The notes: generated by a model not told the origin, from the sequence alone. A DNA stretch of 64,000 nucleotides from Macrostomum lignano (GCA_002269645.1 NIVC01003217.1:46559-110558), one strand, 5' to 3'; positions 1 to 13,867 are shown, counted from the first letter of the stretch. A program made the numbers and translations.

Positions 1-3000
1 GTTCAACCAGGAGAAGGCTGGAGCTCTGATTCGAGCGCACACGGCTGCCACGGTCACTGATGCGGACGATTGCAAAGTTGATTGCGAGCTGGTTGTTAAA
101 CTCTTGCAGGTTTGTTTTTTTAATGTTTTCTTTGATATTCATTTGAATCTCTTCTTCCGAGGTCCTTTTTGGTTGGAATGCTTCCTTCCGAGGTCCTTTT
201 TCGGAAGGCTTCCTTCCGTGGTCCTTTTTTCGGAAGGCTTCCTTCCGAGGTCCTTTTTCTGAAAACTTTCTTCCTTGGTCCTTTATTCTGAATACTTTCT
301 TCCGAGGTCCTTTTTTCTGAAAACTTTCTTCCGTGGTCATTTTTTCTGAAAACTTTCTTCCGTAGTCCTTTTTGGTTTGAATGGCTCTTCCTTCAGAGGT
401 CATTTTTCTACATAGTTCGGAAACTCGAGGATTCTATCCAGAATCCTTTGCTGTCGTCCTTCCAAATTATTTAGATTCGAAAATCTGCATTGCTTGTTTT
501 TCCATTTGCTCTACTTACAGTAGCAACCAACAAACGCATTTTTTCGTTAAATTTAATCAGGCCATTCACCAGACCTATCCGATGCAACCAGACAAGCGAA
601 GCGGCGCAGTGCTAATCTTTGTGCCCGGATTCGAGGACATCATGTCACTCTATCAGATGATTCGTCAGTCTGCGCTGCCGTTCGCTCGAGTTGCTATGCT
701 ATTCGTGCTGCACTCCCAGCTGCGATTAGACGATCAGAAAGCGGTGCGATTTTGCTGAGTTTGTTGTGCTTTCTATTCGCCGCAACGGTACTTAGTACCA
801 CTATTGAGCAATCCATCACTGCCTGACCTTTGAGCAATCCCCTCATCGCAGGTGTTCCGCCCGACGCCCCCAGATCGCCGCAAAATCATCCTAGCCACAA
901 ACATCGCAGAGACCTCCCTAACAATAGACGATGTCAGCTTTGTAATCGACACCGGCTTAGCTAAAGAGAAATGGCTCGACGCTGGCACCGGCATTGTGAC
1001 CTTCCAATGCGCCTGGATTGCCCAGAGCAGCGCCAATCAACGCCGCGGTCGTTGCGGTCGCTGCGGCCCGGGCATCTGCTTTCGTCTGTACACCAGACAG
1101 CGGTTCGCTTCGCTTCAGCCCTACCCTCTGCCCGAGATTAGTCGCTACCCGTTAGAGGAGCTCTGCTTGCAGAGTCGACTGTTGGTACCTTCACCAGATA
1201 GTGTGCTAACTACTACTGCTGCTTCTGCTGCTACTAACAGTAGCGTAGCCGGCGTTACTATTGCCGATTTTCTCGGAAAAACATTGGAGCCGCCGCCGAT
1301 TGAAAATATTCGCGCGTCCGTGGCCCTGCTGAAAGAGATGGACGCGCTGGATGCGTTTGAGGTCTCTTGTTCTACTCTTGTTCTATTCTCTGCCCTACTC
1401 TTGTTCTATTCTCTGCCCTACTCTTGTTCTATCTTTACTCTACTCTTGTTCTATTTTTACTCTACTCTTGTTCTATCTTTACTCTACTCTTGTTCTATCT
1501 TTACTCTACTCTTGTTCTATCTCTACCCTACTCTTGTTCTATCTTTACTCTACTCTTGTTCTATTTTTACTCTACTCTTGTTCTATCTTTACTCTACTCT
1601 TGTTCTATCTCTACCCTACTCTTGTTCTATCTTTACTCTACTCTTGTTCTATTTTTACTCTACTCTTGTTCTATCTCTTACTCTACTCTTGTTCTATCTT
1701 TACTCTACTCTTGTTCTATCTTTACTCTACTCTTGTTCTATCTCTACCCTACTCTTGTTCTATCTCTACCCTACTCTTGTTCTATCTCTACCCTACTCTT
1801 GTTCTATCTCTACCCTACTCTTGTTCTATCTCTACCCTACTCTTGTTCTATCTCTACCCTACTCTTGTTCTATCTCTACCCTACTCTTGTTCTATCTCTA
1901 CCCTACTCTTGTTCTATCTCTACCCTACTCTTGTTCTATCTCTACCCTACTCTTGTTCTATCTTTACCCTACTCTTGTTCTATCTCTTACTCTACTCTTG
2001 TTCTATCTCTTACTCTACTCTTGTTCTATCTTTACTCTACTCTTGTTCTATCTTTACCCTACTCTTGTTCTATCTTTACTCTACTCTTGTTCTATCTTTA
2101 CTCTACTCTTGTTCTATCTCTTACTCTACTCTTGTTCTATCTCTACCCTACTCTTGTTCTATCTTTACCCTACTGTTCTATTTAGTGTATAAAAGTAGTG
2201 TATACAGCTCCTGAATTAAAAGCAGTCACTCTCACTGCCTCTAATCTCTCCCATCAGGACCTAACCGAACTCGGTTTGCACCTGTGCGACTTGCCAATCG
2301 AGCCTCGTCTAGCTAAAATGGTTCTAGTCAGCGTTATACTCAAATGCATCGATCCCGTGCTCACCATAGCCGCTATATTATCCTACCGCGAGCCATTCGT
2401 GATCCCATCTGAGCCGGGCAAACGCTCGGCCTCTGTGGCAGCCAGACGCAAATTTAGCGTCGATACCTACAGCGATCACATGTCGTTATTAAGAGCGTTT
2501 CAACAATGGCAGCGTGCTAGAAGCGAAGGCTGGGAGTCCAGCTTCTGCGAGCGGAATTACATTTCTGGCGCGGCGTTTGAAATGATTCTGGGCATCCGGA
2601 GTCAACTGTTGGGCCAGTTGAGGGCTAGCGCTTTTGTTAAAACTAAAGGCTCCGGGGATGTGCGAGATTTGAATACTAATTCTGAGAACTGGGCTGTAGT
2701 TAAAGCTGCTCTGGTGGCTGGCAGTTATCCCAATTTGGCTAAGGTAAGGGCTGAGTTTGGGTCATGTTTGCGTCATGGCAGGTTTGGGTCATGTTTGGGT
2801 CATTGTAGGTTCGGGTCATGTTTGGGTCATTGTAGGTTTGGGTCATCTTTGGGTCATTGTAGGTTTGGATCATGTTTAGGTCATTGCAGGTTTGGGTCAT
2901 CTTTGGGTCATTGTAGGTTTGGGTCATGTTTGGGTCATTGTAGGTTTAGGTCATGTTTGGGTCATTGCAGGTTTGGGTCATTGTAGGTTTGGGTCATGTT

Positions 3001-6000
3001 TGGGTCATGTTTGGGTCATTGTAGGTTCGGGTCATGTTTGGGTCATTGTAGGTTTGGATCATGTTTAGGTCATTGCAGGTTTGGGTCATGTTTAGATCAT
3101 TGTAGGTTTGGGTCATGTTTAAATCATTGTAGGTTCGGGTCATGTTTGGGTCATGTTTGGGTCATTGTAGGTTGAGGTCATGTTTGGGTCATTGCAGGTT
3201 TGGGTCATTGTAGATTAGGGTCATTGTAGGTTGGGTCATTGCAGGTTTGGGTCATTGTAAGTTTGGGTCATATTTGTGTCATTGTAGGTTTAGGTCATGT
3301 TTGCATCATATTGTAGGTTGTGTCATGTTTAGGTCATTGTAGGTTTGGGTCATGTTTGGGTCATTGTAGATTAGGGTCATTGTAGGTTTGGGTCATTTTT
3401 GGGTCATTTTAGGTTTAGGTCATGTTTGCATCATTGTAGGTTTGGGTCATGTTTGGGTCATTGTAGGTTTGGGTCATGTTTAGGTCATTGTAGGTTTGGA
3501 TCATGTTTGGGTCATTTTTAGGTTATTGTAGGCTTGGGTCATGTTTAAGTCATTGTAGATTTTGGTCATGTTTAGGTCATTGTAGGTTTGGATCATGTTT
3601 GGGTCATTTTTGGGTTATTGTAGGCTTGGGTCATGTTTGGGTCATTGTAGGTTTGGGTCATTTTTGGGTCATTTTAGGTTTAGGTCATGTTTGCATCATT
3701 GTAGGTTTGGGTCATTTTTGGGTCATTGTAGGTTTGGGTCATGTTTGGGTCATTGTAGATTTGGGTCATGTTTAGGTCATTGTAGGTTTGGATCATGTTT
3801 GGGTCATTTTTGGGTTATTGTAGGCTTGGGTCATGTTTGGGTCATTGTAGATTTTGGTCATGTTTAGGTCATTGTAGGTTTGGATCATGTTTGGGTCATT
3901 TTTGGGTTATTGTAGGCTTGGGTCATGTTTGGGTCATTGTAGGTTTAGGTCATTTTTGGGTCATTTTAGGTTTAGGTCATGTTTGCATCATTGTAGGTTT
4001 GGGTCATTTTTGGGTCATTGTAGGTTTGGGTCATGTTTGGGTCATTGTAGATTTGGGTCATGTTTAGGTCATTGTAGGTTTGGATCATGTTTGGGTCATT
4101 TTTGGGTTATTGTAGGCTTGGGTCATGTTTGGGTCATTGTAGGTTTGGGTCATGTTTGCATCATATTGTAGGTTTGGGTCATGTTTGGGTCATTGTAGAT
4201 TAGGGTCATTGTAGGTTTGGGTCATTTTTGGGTCATTTTAGGTTTAGGTCATGTTTGCATCATTTTAGGTTTGGGTCATGTTTGGGTCATTGTAGGTTTG
4301 GGTCATGTTTGGGTCATTGTAGATTTGGGTCATGTTTAGGTCATTGTAGGTTTGGATCATGTTTGGGTCATTTTTGGGTTATTGTAGGCTTGGGTCATGT
4401 TTGGGTCATTGTAGGTTTGGGTCATGTTTGGCTCATTGTAGGTTTGGGTCATTGTAGGTTTGGGTCATGTTTGGCTCATTGTAGGTTTGGGTCATTGTAG
4501 GTTTGGGTCATGTTTGGGTCATTGTAGGTTTGGGTCATGTTTGGGTCATGTTTAGGTCATTGTAGGTTAGGGTCATGTTTGCGTCATTGTAGGTTTGGGT
4601 CATGTTTGCGTCATTGTAGGTTTGGGTCATTTTTGGGTCATTGTAGGGTTGGTCATGTTTGGGTCATTTTAGGTTTGGGTCATGTTTGGGTCATTGTAGG
4701 TTTGGGTCATGTTTAGGTCATTGTAGGTTTGGATCATTTTTGGGTCATGTTTGGGTCATTGTAGGTTTGGATCATGTTTGGGTCATGTTTGGGTCATTGT
4801 AGATTAGAGTCATTGTAGATTTGGGTCATTGTAGTTTTTGGTCATTATAGATTTGGGTCATTGTAGACTCGGGTCATTGCATATTTGGGTCATTGCAGGT
4901 TTGGGTCATTTATGTACAATTCATATGTAATCAATCAGACTCACTCTACTCTCTCATCTATTTGCTCCCAGGTGGATCGCGAGCACCGCCGGCTCTACTC
5001 TCGCACAGTCCGATGCGTCCGCTTCCATCCGCAGAGCGTGCTCAGCCCCAGCGGACCCCAGGAGACCCACGCCAGCGCTGTGGACCAGCTGCCCAGCGAC
5101 TGGCTGATCTACAATGAAGCCGTGCGCACCGGCGGCGGCCGCATCGCTCACATCCGGTGCGCCACTCTGGTCAGCCCGGCTGCCGTCCTGCTGTTCGCCG
5201 GCTCCTGCCGCCTGCCAGCAGACTATGTTGCCAAGCTGGAGATGGCGCTGTCCACCGATCACCCGGCCGCCGCCGACTCAACTGCCTCCACGGCTGCGGG
5301 AGACTCCAACAGCGACAATGTCGATTTGAACGACGCCGCCGCTGACTCCGAAATCGACATCGGCGCCGACGCCGAACAAGGCCAAGGCGACGGAGATTTC
5401 GACGATGCCGATTTCGACGACGAAGATTTCGACGAATCAGACGACGAGCCTCGGGATCAGCAAAATCCTCAGGCTAAGCAGCGGCAGCGCAGGTCGCTGG
5501 CCATGTCCGTTGATAAGTGGATTCGAGTCCGGTCCGACCGAGAGTCGCTGCGCTGCCTACTGCAGCTGCGTTTGAAGCTCAGCGCCCTGCTGCTCAGGCG
5601 GATCCGGCATCCGGCTAAGCTGCTCAGCTTTCAAGACGAAGCCGTGCTCAAAGCTCTAGTCAATGTGCTCACCTACGAGGAGCAGGCGCTCGGCCTCCGC
5701 CAGCCGGCCGGGGTTGGCGCCAAACCGCGCCAGATTGGCGCCGCCGATTCTTTGTTCCGGCCGCCGCCGGAGCTGGCGCCATCAGAAGAGGAAGACGGAG
5801 GATCCAATATGGCTGCCGCCGCTGCTGCAGTCTGCGTTGATAAACCAGCCAGTCCGCTGCCGCCGCCGCCACCTCAGCAGCAGCTGCAGCCTCGCCTACA
5901 GCAAATGTCGCTGCATCAGCACCAGAAACAGCAGCAGCAGCAGCAGCAGCAGGGCCAGTACCAGCATCAGCAGCAGGTTTGTGTAAACTGCTTATAAATC

Positions 6001-8075
6001 TGCATACACTAAATTAAATTTATATCATAAGCCCTGTAGATTGGTTGACTTAGCTGAGCTATTCTTGACCCACTAGCCTATTATGACCCTAACCCACTGC
6101 TATGGGTAGCTTTCCTTGACCCACACCCTGACCCAGTTGCTTTCCTTGACCCACACCCTGACCCAGCTTTCCTTGACCCACACCCTGACCCAGTTGCTTT
6201 CCTTGACCCACACCCTGACCCAGCTTTCCTTGACTCACCCTGACCCAGCTTTCCTTGACCCACACCCTGACCCAGCTTTCCTTGACCCACACCCTCACCC
6301 AGTTGCTTTTCTTGACCCACACCCTGACCCAGCTTTCCTTGACTCACACCCTGACCCAGCTTTCCTTGACCCACTCCCTGACCCAGTAGCTTTCGATGAC
6401 CCACACCCCGACCCAGTCGTTTTCCTTGACTCATACCCTCACCCAGTCGCTTTCCTTGATCCACACCCTGACCCAGTTGCTTTCCTTAACCCACACCCTC
6501 ACCCAGTAGCTTTCGATGACCCACACCCTGACCCAGTCGCTTTCCTTGACTCATACCCTGACCCAGCAGCTTTCGATGACCCACACCCTCACCCAGTTGC
6601 TTTCCTTGACCCACACCCTCACCCAGTTGCTTTCCTTGACCCACACCCTCACCCAGTTGCTTTCCTAGACCCACACCCTCACCCAGTTGCTTTCCTTGAC
6701 CCACACCCTCACCCAGTTGCTTTCCTTGACCCACACCCTCACCCAGTTGCTTTCCTTGACCCACACCCTCACCCAATTGCTTTCCTTGACCCACACCCTC
6801 ACCCAGTTGCTTTCCTTGACCCACACCCTCACCCAGTTGCTTTCCTTGACCCACACCCTCACCCAGTTGCTTTCCTTGACCCACACCCTCACCCAATTGC
6901 TTTCCTTGACCCACACCCTCACCCAGTTGCTTTCCTTGACCCACACCCTGACTTTTAAGCCTCTAATTGAACTGTTGAATTCACGGCCCCTTCCACTTTC
7001 ACTGCAGGCGCCAAGGAAGCGCTATTTCCTACTGCCAGTAGGCAGTGCCAGCCTGTGGTCGCAGGCTCAAACTCACTGCACTCTTCCTGTACAGCCCGCT
7101 CTCGAGCGTCGCTTATCTGGCGCTCTACGCGATGCCACATCAAACTCCGTCGCCAACGCGTCGTCCTCAATGATGACTGGCGGCGGCGGCAGCGGCGGCG
7201 GCGGCAATGGTGTCTACCTCCTGCTGCTGCACACCAGACCTCGGCCAGCTGTCCCAGACGAGGACGGAGCCGCAGCCGCCAGCAGTTCGGCCTCCTCGTC
7301 TCTCCTAGGCGTGGCTCGACTAAGAAGCGTCCAAGTTGGCCAAGACGGCGGCTGTCGGGTCAGCTTCGACTGGATTCAGCGTCATCAGCAGTATCAGCAT
7401 CACGAGTCCCAGCAGCAGCAGCCGTCGGCTCCTGTCGCTGACTGCGACCTCTCTAGCGAAGCTCGAGGAGCCGAGACTGGTACAGGTATTGAACTGCCAA
7501 TACCCGAGGCTGAACGGCTTCTAACTCTCTTCTGTACTAGTAATAGTAGTACTGCTGCTAATGCTAGTAATATTACTACTAGTAGTACTACTGCTAGCTC
7601 GACCATTGGCTCCGCTTCTACCGGCTCAAGGCAGCAGCAACAGCCTCAACAACAACAATTATCTTCCTCGCGATTTGTTTCTCACCTGTCTCCATCGTTG
7701 CTTAGCAACCTTTATCAACAGCAGCAGCAGCAGCAGCAGCAACAACAACTGAAGCAGCAGCCTGTGTGGCTGCAGACTGCTTCTGGCCAGCCGTTGCTGC
7801 TTACGGCTCCTGCTGCAGCCGCTCTTCTTCAACAGCAACAGCAACAGCAGCAGCAGCAGCATCAGCAGCAGCAATACCACGATGCCAAACTGTTTCTGGC
7901 AGCTGCCGCAGCCAATCTTCAGATGCGGGCTATGCAGCAGCCGCAGCAGCAGCAGCAGCCACTTCTTCCACCTCAGCAGCAACAGCAGCAGCAGAACGCG
8001 TTGACTTCTGCTATCGCGGCGGCTTTGCAGCAGCAGCAGCAGCAACAACAGCAACAGCAGAATCGGTTCTCCTAG
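1..8075 (+). CDS. YTHDC2: YTHDC2-like DExH-box RNA helicase, 3' part (5' end lies outside the window). Exons <1-109, 561-743, 852-1361, 2258-2743, 4972-5976, 7008-8075
   Basis: All introns are GT-AG, phase 0, and keep the frame open. Motifs: KVDCELVVKLL, GAVLIFVPGFEDI, LHSQ, ILATNIAETSLTIDDV, motif VI QRRGRCGR, HA2 (LTELGLHLCDLPIEPRLAKM), YSDH, an OB-fold-like region, and a degenerate C-terminal YTH-like domain followed by polyQ. Confidence 0.92.
150..410. repeat. Degenerate ~30-bp intronic tandem repeat (cttccttccgaggtcctttt...)
   Basis: Direct repeats visible in the first YTHDC2 intron. Confidence 0.8.
1362..2180. repeat. 22-bp intronic minisatellite (ctctactcttgttctatcttta)
   Basis: Starts at the splice donor. 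Explains the repetitive ORFs 1351-2214 and 1367-2185. Confidence 0.95.
2755..4910. repeat. ~27-bp intronic minisatellite (gggtcatgtttgggtcattgtaggttt)
   Basis: About 2.1 kb of direct repeats filling the YTHDC2 intron 2744-4971. Confidence 0.95.
6080..6952. repeat. 30-bp intronic minisatellite (tttccttgacccacaccctcacccagttgc)
   Basis: Direct repeats in the last YTHDC2 intron. Confidence 0.95.
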
Positions 8076-8327
8076 ATTTTGTTAATTAAAACAAAATGCT
8101 ACAAATAATTAAAAAATCTACTCGATTGACAAACTTGAACTATTTGAAATCCCCAGATTATAAAAACAAAATTCCCTTGTTTTTTCTTGTTATTTTCGTT
8201 TAAATTTTCTTGTGTTAAAACCATTGTCAGCAATAATAAGTTTTTTGAGGTTTAAAACGTTTTTGTTTATTTTAACTCATACCGTTTGAGCATCTTAAGT
8301 GATTTTCTGGGCTGGCATACTGATATG

Positions 8328-8717
8328 TCTCCTTGACCTAACGTCTGATCCAGTGGAGTGACTCCTTGACCCAATCTCTGACCCAGCGGAGTGACTCCTT
8401 GACCCAATCTCTGACCCAGCGGAGTGACTCCTTGACCCAATCTCTGACCCAGCGGAGTGACTCCTTGACCCAATCTCTGACCCAATGGAGTGACTCCTTG
8501 ACCCAGCCTCTGACCCAATTGAGTGACTCCTTGACCCAACCTGTGACCCAGCGGAGTGACTCCTTGACCCAATCTCTGACCCAATGGAGTGACTCCTTGA
8601 CCCAACCTCTGACCCAATGGAGTGACTCCTTGACCCAGCCTCTGACCCAATGGAGTGACTCCTTTACCCAGCCTCTGACCCTGCGTAGTGACTCCTTGAC
8701 CCAGTCTCTGACCCAGT
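8328..8717. repeat. 33-bp minisatellite (gagtgactccttgacccaatctctgacccagcg)
   Basis: Direct repeats downstream of the YTHDC2 stop codon. Confidence 0.92.
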
Positions 8718-9246
8718 AAATTTAGGTTCGTTGTCAAATTGTTTTAAAAATAAAATAAAATCCTAAAGTACAAAACGTATTCATTGTTTTTGTTCAGCAG
8801 TCCCCGTTGCACTTTGGCAGCTTCAAGAGCTAAAGAGATCTGCAGAAAATAAAAAAGTTTCGTTTTGCATTTATTTATTTTCCGGTGTTCCTACCATGTT
8901 ATTTTTCTGTAATCTGTTTTTTTATGAAGTTTTTTAGCCATTTTTTGTTTGTCTGCCTTACTGAATTTAGTTAGGGCTCATCTATCCTTTGTTCATGATT
9001 GTTGATGCTCGCTAAGTAGATCCATACATATTTCAGTCAGTGGGCCGTTCTGTGTCATTTGTCTATTTTAGGTTGTTATAATTGTTTTAAAAACATCTAA
9101 AAAAGCTTTAAAAAATACACAGTTCATTTTTTCCATAAATTGTTTTCCACTTGTTGAAAATGTTAAAATTTATCGCAATAATATCCTTCTGTTATACTGT
9201 TTTTTAAGCTTTTTGGACACGGAGATACGAAACAGGACGGAAAAAA

Positions 9247-10127
9247 GGTAGACTCGGACACAGATAGATGAGGTAGACTCGGACACAGATAGATGAGGTA
9301 GACTCGGACACAGATAGATGAGGTAGACTAGGACACAGATAGATGAGGTAGACTAGGACACAAAGATAGATGATGTAGACTAGGACACGGATAGATGAGG
9401 TAGACTAGGACACAAAGATAGATGATGTAGACTAGGACACGGATAGATGAGGTAGACTCGGACACAGATAGATGAGGTAGACTCGGACACAGATAGATGA
9501 GGTAGACTCGGACACAGATAGATAAGGTAGACTAGGACACAGATAGATGAGGTAGACTAGGACACAGATAGATGAGGTAGACTCGGACACAGATAGATGA
9601 GGTAGACTAGGACACAGATAGATGAGGTAGACTAGGACACAGATAGATGAGGTAGACTAGGACACAAAGATAGATGATGTAGACTAGGACACAGATAGAT
9701 GAGGTAGACTCGGACACAGATAGATGAGGTAGACTAGGACACAGATAGATGAGGTAGACTAGGACACAGATAGATGAGGTAGACTCGGACACAGATAGAT
9801 GAGGTAGACTCGGACACAGATAGATGAGGTAGACTCGGACACAGATAGATGAGGTAGACTAGGACACAGGTAGATGAGGTAGACTCGGACACAGATAGAT
9901 GAGGTAGACTCGGACACAGATAGATGAGGTAGACTAGGACACAGGTAGATGAGGTAGACTCGGACACAGATAGATGAGGTAGACTAGGACACAGGTAGAT
10001 GAGGTAGACTAGGACACATATGAGGTAGACTAGGAAACAGATAGATGAGGTAGACTAGGACACATATAAGTTAGACTAAGACACATATGAGGTAGACTAA
10101 GACACATATGAGGTAGACTAGGACACA
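9247..10127. repeat. 25-bp minisatellite (ggtagactcggacacagatagatga)
   Basis: Direct repeats visible in the sequence. Confidence 0.95.
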
Positions 10128-10687
10128 GAAACTAAAGCATTGTCAGCTGCAATAGCGGTGATTTACATTACAGCTACGAGTATACAAGCACCTAATTTGC
10201 ATGCATATTATTAGGCACTTTGAGGCGCATTACCTCTATAGAAATTAATTGCACGTGTCCTCACCTCACAGCACCAACTTTCGCATTTTGTGCCATTCGC
10301 TGTTCCGTTTTTCAGTCTGAACTACATGTTGCCACTTGTAGTGTACAGTCGTGCGCGTTGCAGCTATTTATAGTAGTATGCATGCACACTGAATATATGT
10401 AAATCTCTCTCTACACGGGGCGTCACTCTGCATAGCATGTAGCCATATAATAGGAAAATGCCAGCGAAATGATTAGCTGTACTGTAACATGCGGCTGGTG
10501 TTTTATGCAGATTTCTAAATGAGCATTGGTTAAATATTGCCGCAGGTGATAAGGTGGGGGAGAGAGTCAAGTCTATACAGATAAGGGCGAGTTTTTTGCT
10601 AAGCCAAGCGCTAGTTTTTGGTCGAAAACAGCACGATCCAACCTGAGCAGTGGAGCCATTCTGCAGTACACGTAAGACGCTGCTGAC

Positions 10688-13600
10688 ATGACAGACCCGT
10701 TTCTGCTCGATCAAGCAGCACTGGAGGCCCGACTCACGGCTCTCCAGGAGACATTCGAGCGTTGGAGAGAGATTAGAGATTGTCGAGATGTCGCCGAATT
10801 TGTTGCCAAAGCGGATGAGTTCAATTGGTTGCTGGGTGAGTCACTGATTGTTTAGAATGTTAGCTTCACCACTGCTTAGTGTAGATTCACCACTGCTTAG
10901 TGTAGATTCACCACTGTTTAGTGTAGATTCACCACTGTTTAGTGTAGATTCACCACTGTTTAGTGTAGATTCACCACTGTTTAATGTAGATTCACCACTG
11001 TTTAGTGTAGATTCACCACTGTTTAGTGTAGATTCACCACTGTTTAGTGTAGATTCACCACTGTTTAGTGTAGATTCACCACTGTTTAGTGTAGATTCAC
11101 CACTGTTTAGTGTAGATTCACCACTGTTTAGTGTAGATTCACCACTGTTTAGTGTAGATTCACCACTGTTTAGTGTAGATTCACCACTGTTTAGTGTAGA
11201 TTCACCACTGTTTAGTGTAGATTCACCACTGTTTAGTGTAGATTCACCACTGTTTAGTGTAGATTCACCACTGTTTAGTGTAGATTCACCACTGTTTAGT
11301 GTAGATTCACCACTGTTTAGTGTAGATTCACCACTGTTTAGTGTAGATTCACCACTGTTTAGTGTAGATTCACCACTGTTTAGTGTAGATTCACCACTGT
11401 TTAGTGTAGATTCACCACTGTTTAGTGTAGATTCACCACTGTTTAGTGTAGACTCACCACTGTTTAGTGTAGATTCACCACTGTTTAGTGTAGATTCACA
11501 ATTTTTTAGTGTAGATTTACCACTGCTTGTATACTATACCATCATTCACCAGCAGTTCACCATCATTCACCAGCAATTAACAATCATTCACCAGCCATTC
11601 AACGTCATTCACCAGCCATTCACCATCATTCACCAGCAATTCACCATCATTCACCAGCCATTCACCATCATTCACCAGCAATTCACCATCATTCACCAGC
11701 AATTCACCATCATTCACCAGCAATTAACAATCATTCACCAGCCATTCAACGTCATTCACCAGCCATTCACCATCATTCACCAGCAATTCACCATCATTCA
11801 CCAGCCATTCACCATCATTCACCAGCAATTCACCATCATTCACCAGCAATTCACCATCATTCACCAGCAGTTCACCATCATTCACCAGCAATTCACCATC
11901 ATTCATCAGCCATTCACCGTCATTCACCAGCCATTCACCATCATTCACTAGCCATTCACCATCATTCACCAGCCATTCACCATCATTCACCAGCAGTTCA
12001 CCATCATTCACCAGCAATTCACCATCATTCACCAGCAATTAACAATCATTCACCAGCCATTCACCATCATTCACCAGCCATTCACCATCATTCACCAGCC
12101 ATTCACCATCATTCACTAGCCATTCACCATCATTCACCAGCCATTCACCATCATTCACCAGCCATTCACTGTCATTCACCAGCCATTCACCATCATTCAC
12201 CAGCTATTCACCATCATTCACCAGCAATTCACCATCATTTACCAGCCATTCACCATCATTCACTAGCCATTCACCATCATTCACCAGCTATTCACCATCA
12301 TTCACCAGCAATCCACCATCATTCACCAGCCATTCACCAGCCATTCACCATCATTTACCTGCCATTCACCATCATTCACTAGCCATTCACCATCATTCAC
12401 CAGCCATTCACCATCATTCACCAGCCATTCACCATCATTCACTAGCCATTCACCATCATTTACCAGCCATTCACCATCATTCACCAGCAATTCACCATCA
12501 TTCATCAGCCATTCACCGTCATTCACCAGCCATTCACCATCATTCACCAGCAATTCACCATCATTCACCAGCCATTCACCATCATTCACCAGCAATTCAC
12601 CATCATTCACCAGCAATTAACAATCATTCACCAGCCATTCACCATCATTCACCAGCCATTTACCATCATTCACCAGCAATTCTCCATCATTCACCATCAT
12701 TCACCATCATTCACCAGCCATTCACCATCATTCACCAGCCATTCACCATCATTCACCAGCCATTCACCGTCATTCACCAGCTATTCACCATCATTCACCA
12801 GCAATTCTCCATCATTCACCAGCAATTAACAATCATTCACCAGCCATTCACCATCATTCACCAGCCATTCCCCATCATTCACCAGCCATTCACCATCATT
12901 CACCATCATTCACCATCATTCACCAGCCATTCACCATCATTCACCAGCCATTCACTATCATTCACCAGCCATTCACCGTCATTCACCAGCTATTCACCAT
13001 CATTCACCAGCAATTAACAATCATTCACCAGCAATTAACAATCATTCACCAGCCATTCACCATCATTCACTAGCCATTCACCATTATTCACCAGCCATTC
13101 ACCATCATTCACCAGCCATTCACCATCATTCACCATCATTCACCATCATTCACCAGCCATTCACCATCATTCACCAGCCATTCACTGTCATTCACTAGCC
13201 ATTCACCAGTGATTCACGTCTCCAATCAATCGCCAATTCACCTGTTAACCGTTTCCCCCCCCCAAACGCCGCAGTGGAAATTTCCCAGGGCATTAAGAAC
13301 GCCGGCTGGGATCTGGACGATCTGGAGGAGACGCTCAAAATGATGTCGGAGAGCCGGCAGCTGTCAATCAGCGAAGCCGATCACCGGAACCGGCGCCAGT
13401 TCATCGAGAACGCGCGCCAATTGCTGAGCCAAATCAGCGCCGAGACTTTCCCAGCGCCGCAGGGATCGTTGCCGATCAATTCGACCACTAATCAGTTGCC
13501 GGCCGACGCTGAACTGCTCACTAGCGGCGGTGTGGCCACTGTGGGTCGGCTGCACAGCCATCCGCATCATTACGTCGAGGAGCCGGCTAGCTTGGACCTG

Positions 13601-13867
13601 CTGGATCCCGGAGACGCATCGTACAGTAGCGGCGGCGGCGGCGTTAGTCGATGGAAACGACGCCTTGGACAGCTTGGCGCCGTCAAAGGCTGCTGCTGTT
13701 TCGCAACGCGACTTCGAGCGCGGATCTTCTTGGCGGCGCTGCTGGCGGCGCTGCTGCTGCTGCTGATTGTCGGCATCGCCACGGCTGTCGGCAGGAGCCG
13801 CGGCGGAGATGAAGGCAACAATGGCACAACGCTGGAAGCTTCCAGTCCGACAACGGCCGGTACTTAA
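10688..13867 (+). CDS. Syntaxin-6 N-terminal-domain membrane protein, paralogue 1 (246 aa). Exons 10688-10835, 13275-13867
   Basis: MTDPFLLDQ...FERWREI and IKNAGWDLDDLEETL...NRRQFIENARQ match the Syntaxin-6_N Habc pattern (DPF...WDLEDLDETI...RKAFI). Phase-1 intron gtgagt...cag. Hydrophobic TM segment IFLAALLAALLLLLIVGIATAV. Confidence 0.85.
10862..11530. repeat. 21-bp near-perfect minisatellite (ttcaccactgtttagtgtaga)
   Basis: Direct repeats in the intron of paralogue 1. Confidence 0.97.
11537..13215. repeat. 21-bp minisatellite (accatcattcaccagccattc)
   Basis: Second array in the same intron. Confidence 0.95.

Noticed and set aside
1351-13215. Long repetitive ORFs (LLLFYLYS, GSCLGHCR, DPHPHPVAF, SVDSPLF, TIIHQQF)
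   Set aside because: They are translations of intronic minisatellites whose units lack stops. They sit between in-frame splice sites of real genes.
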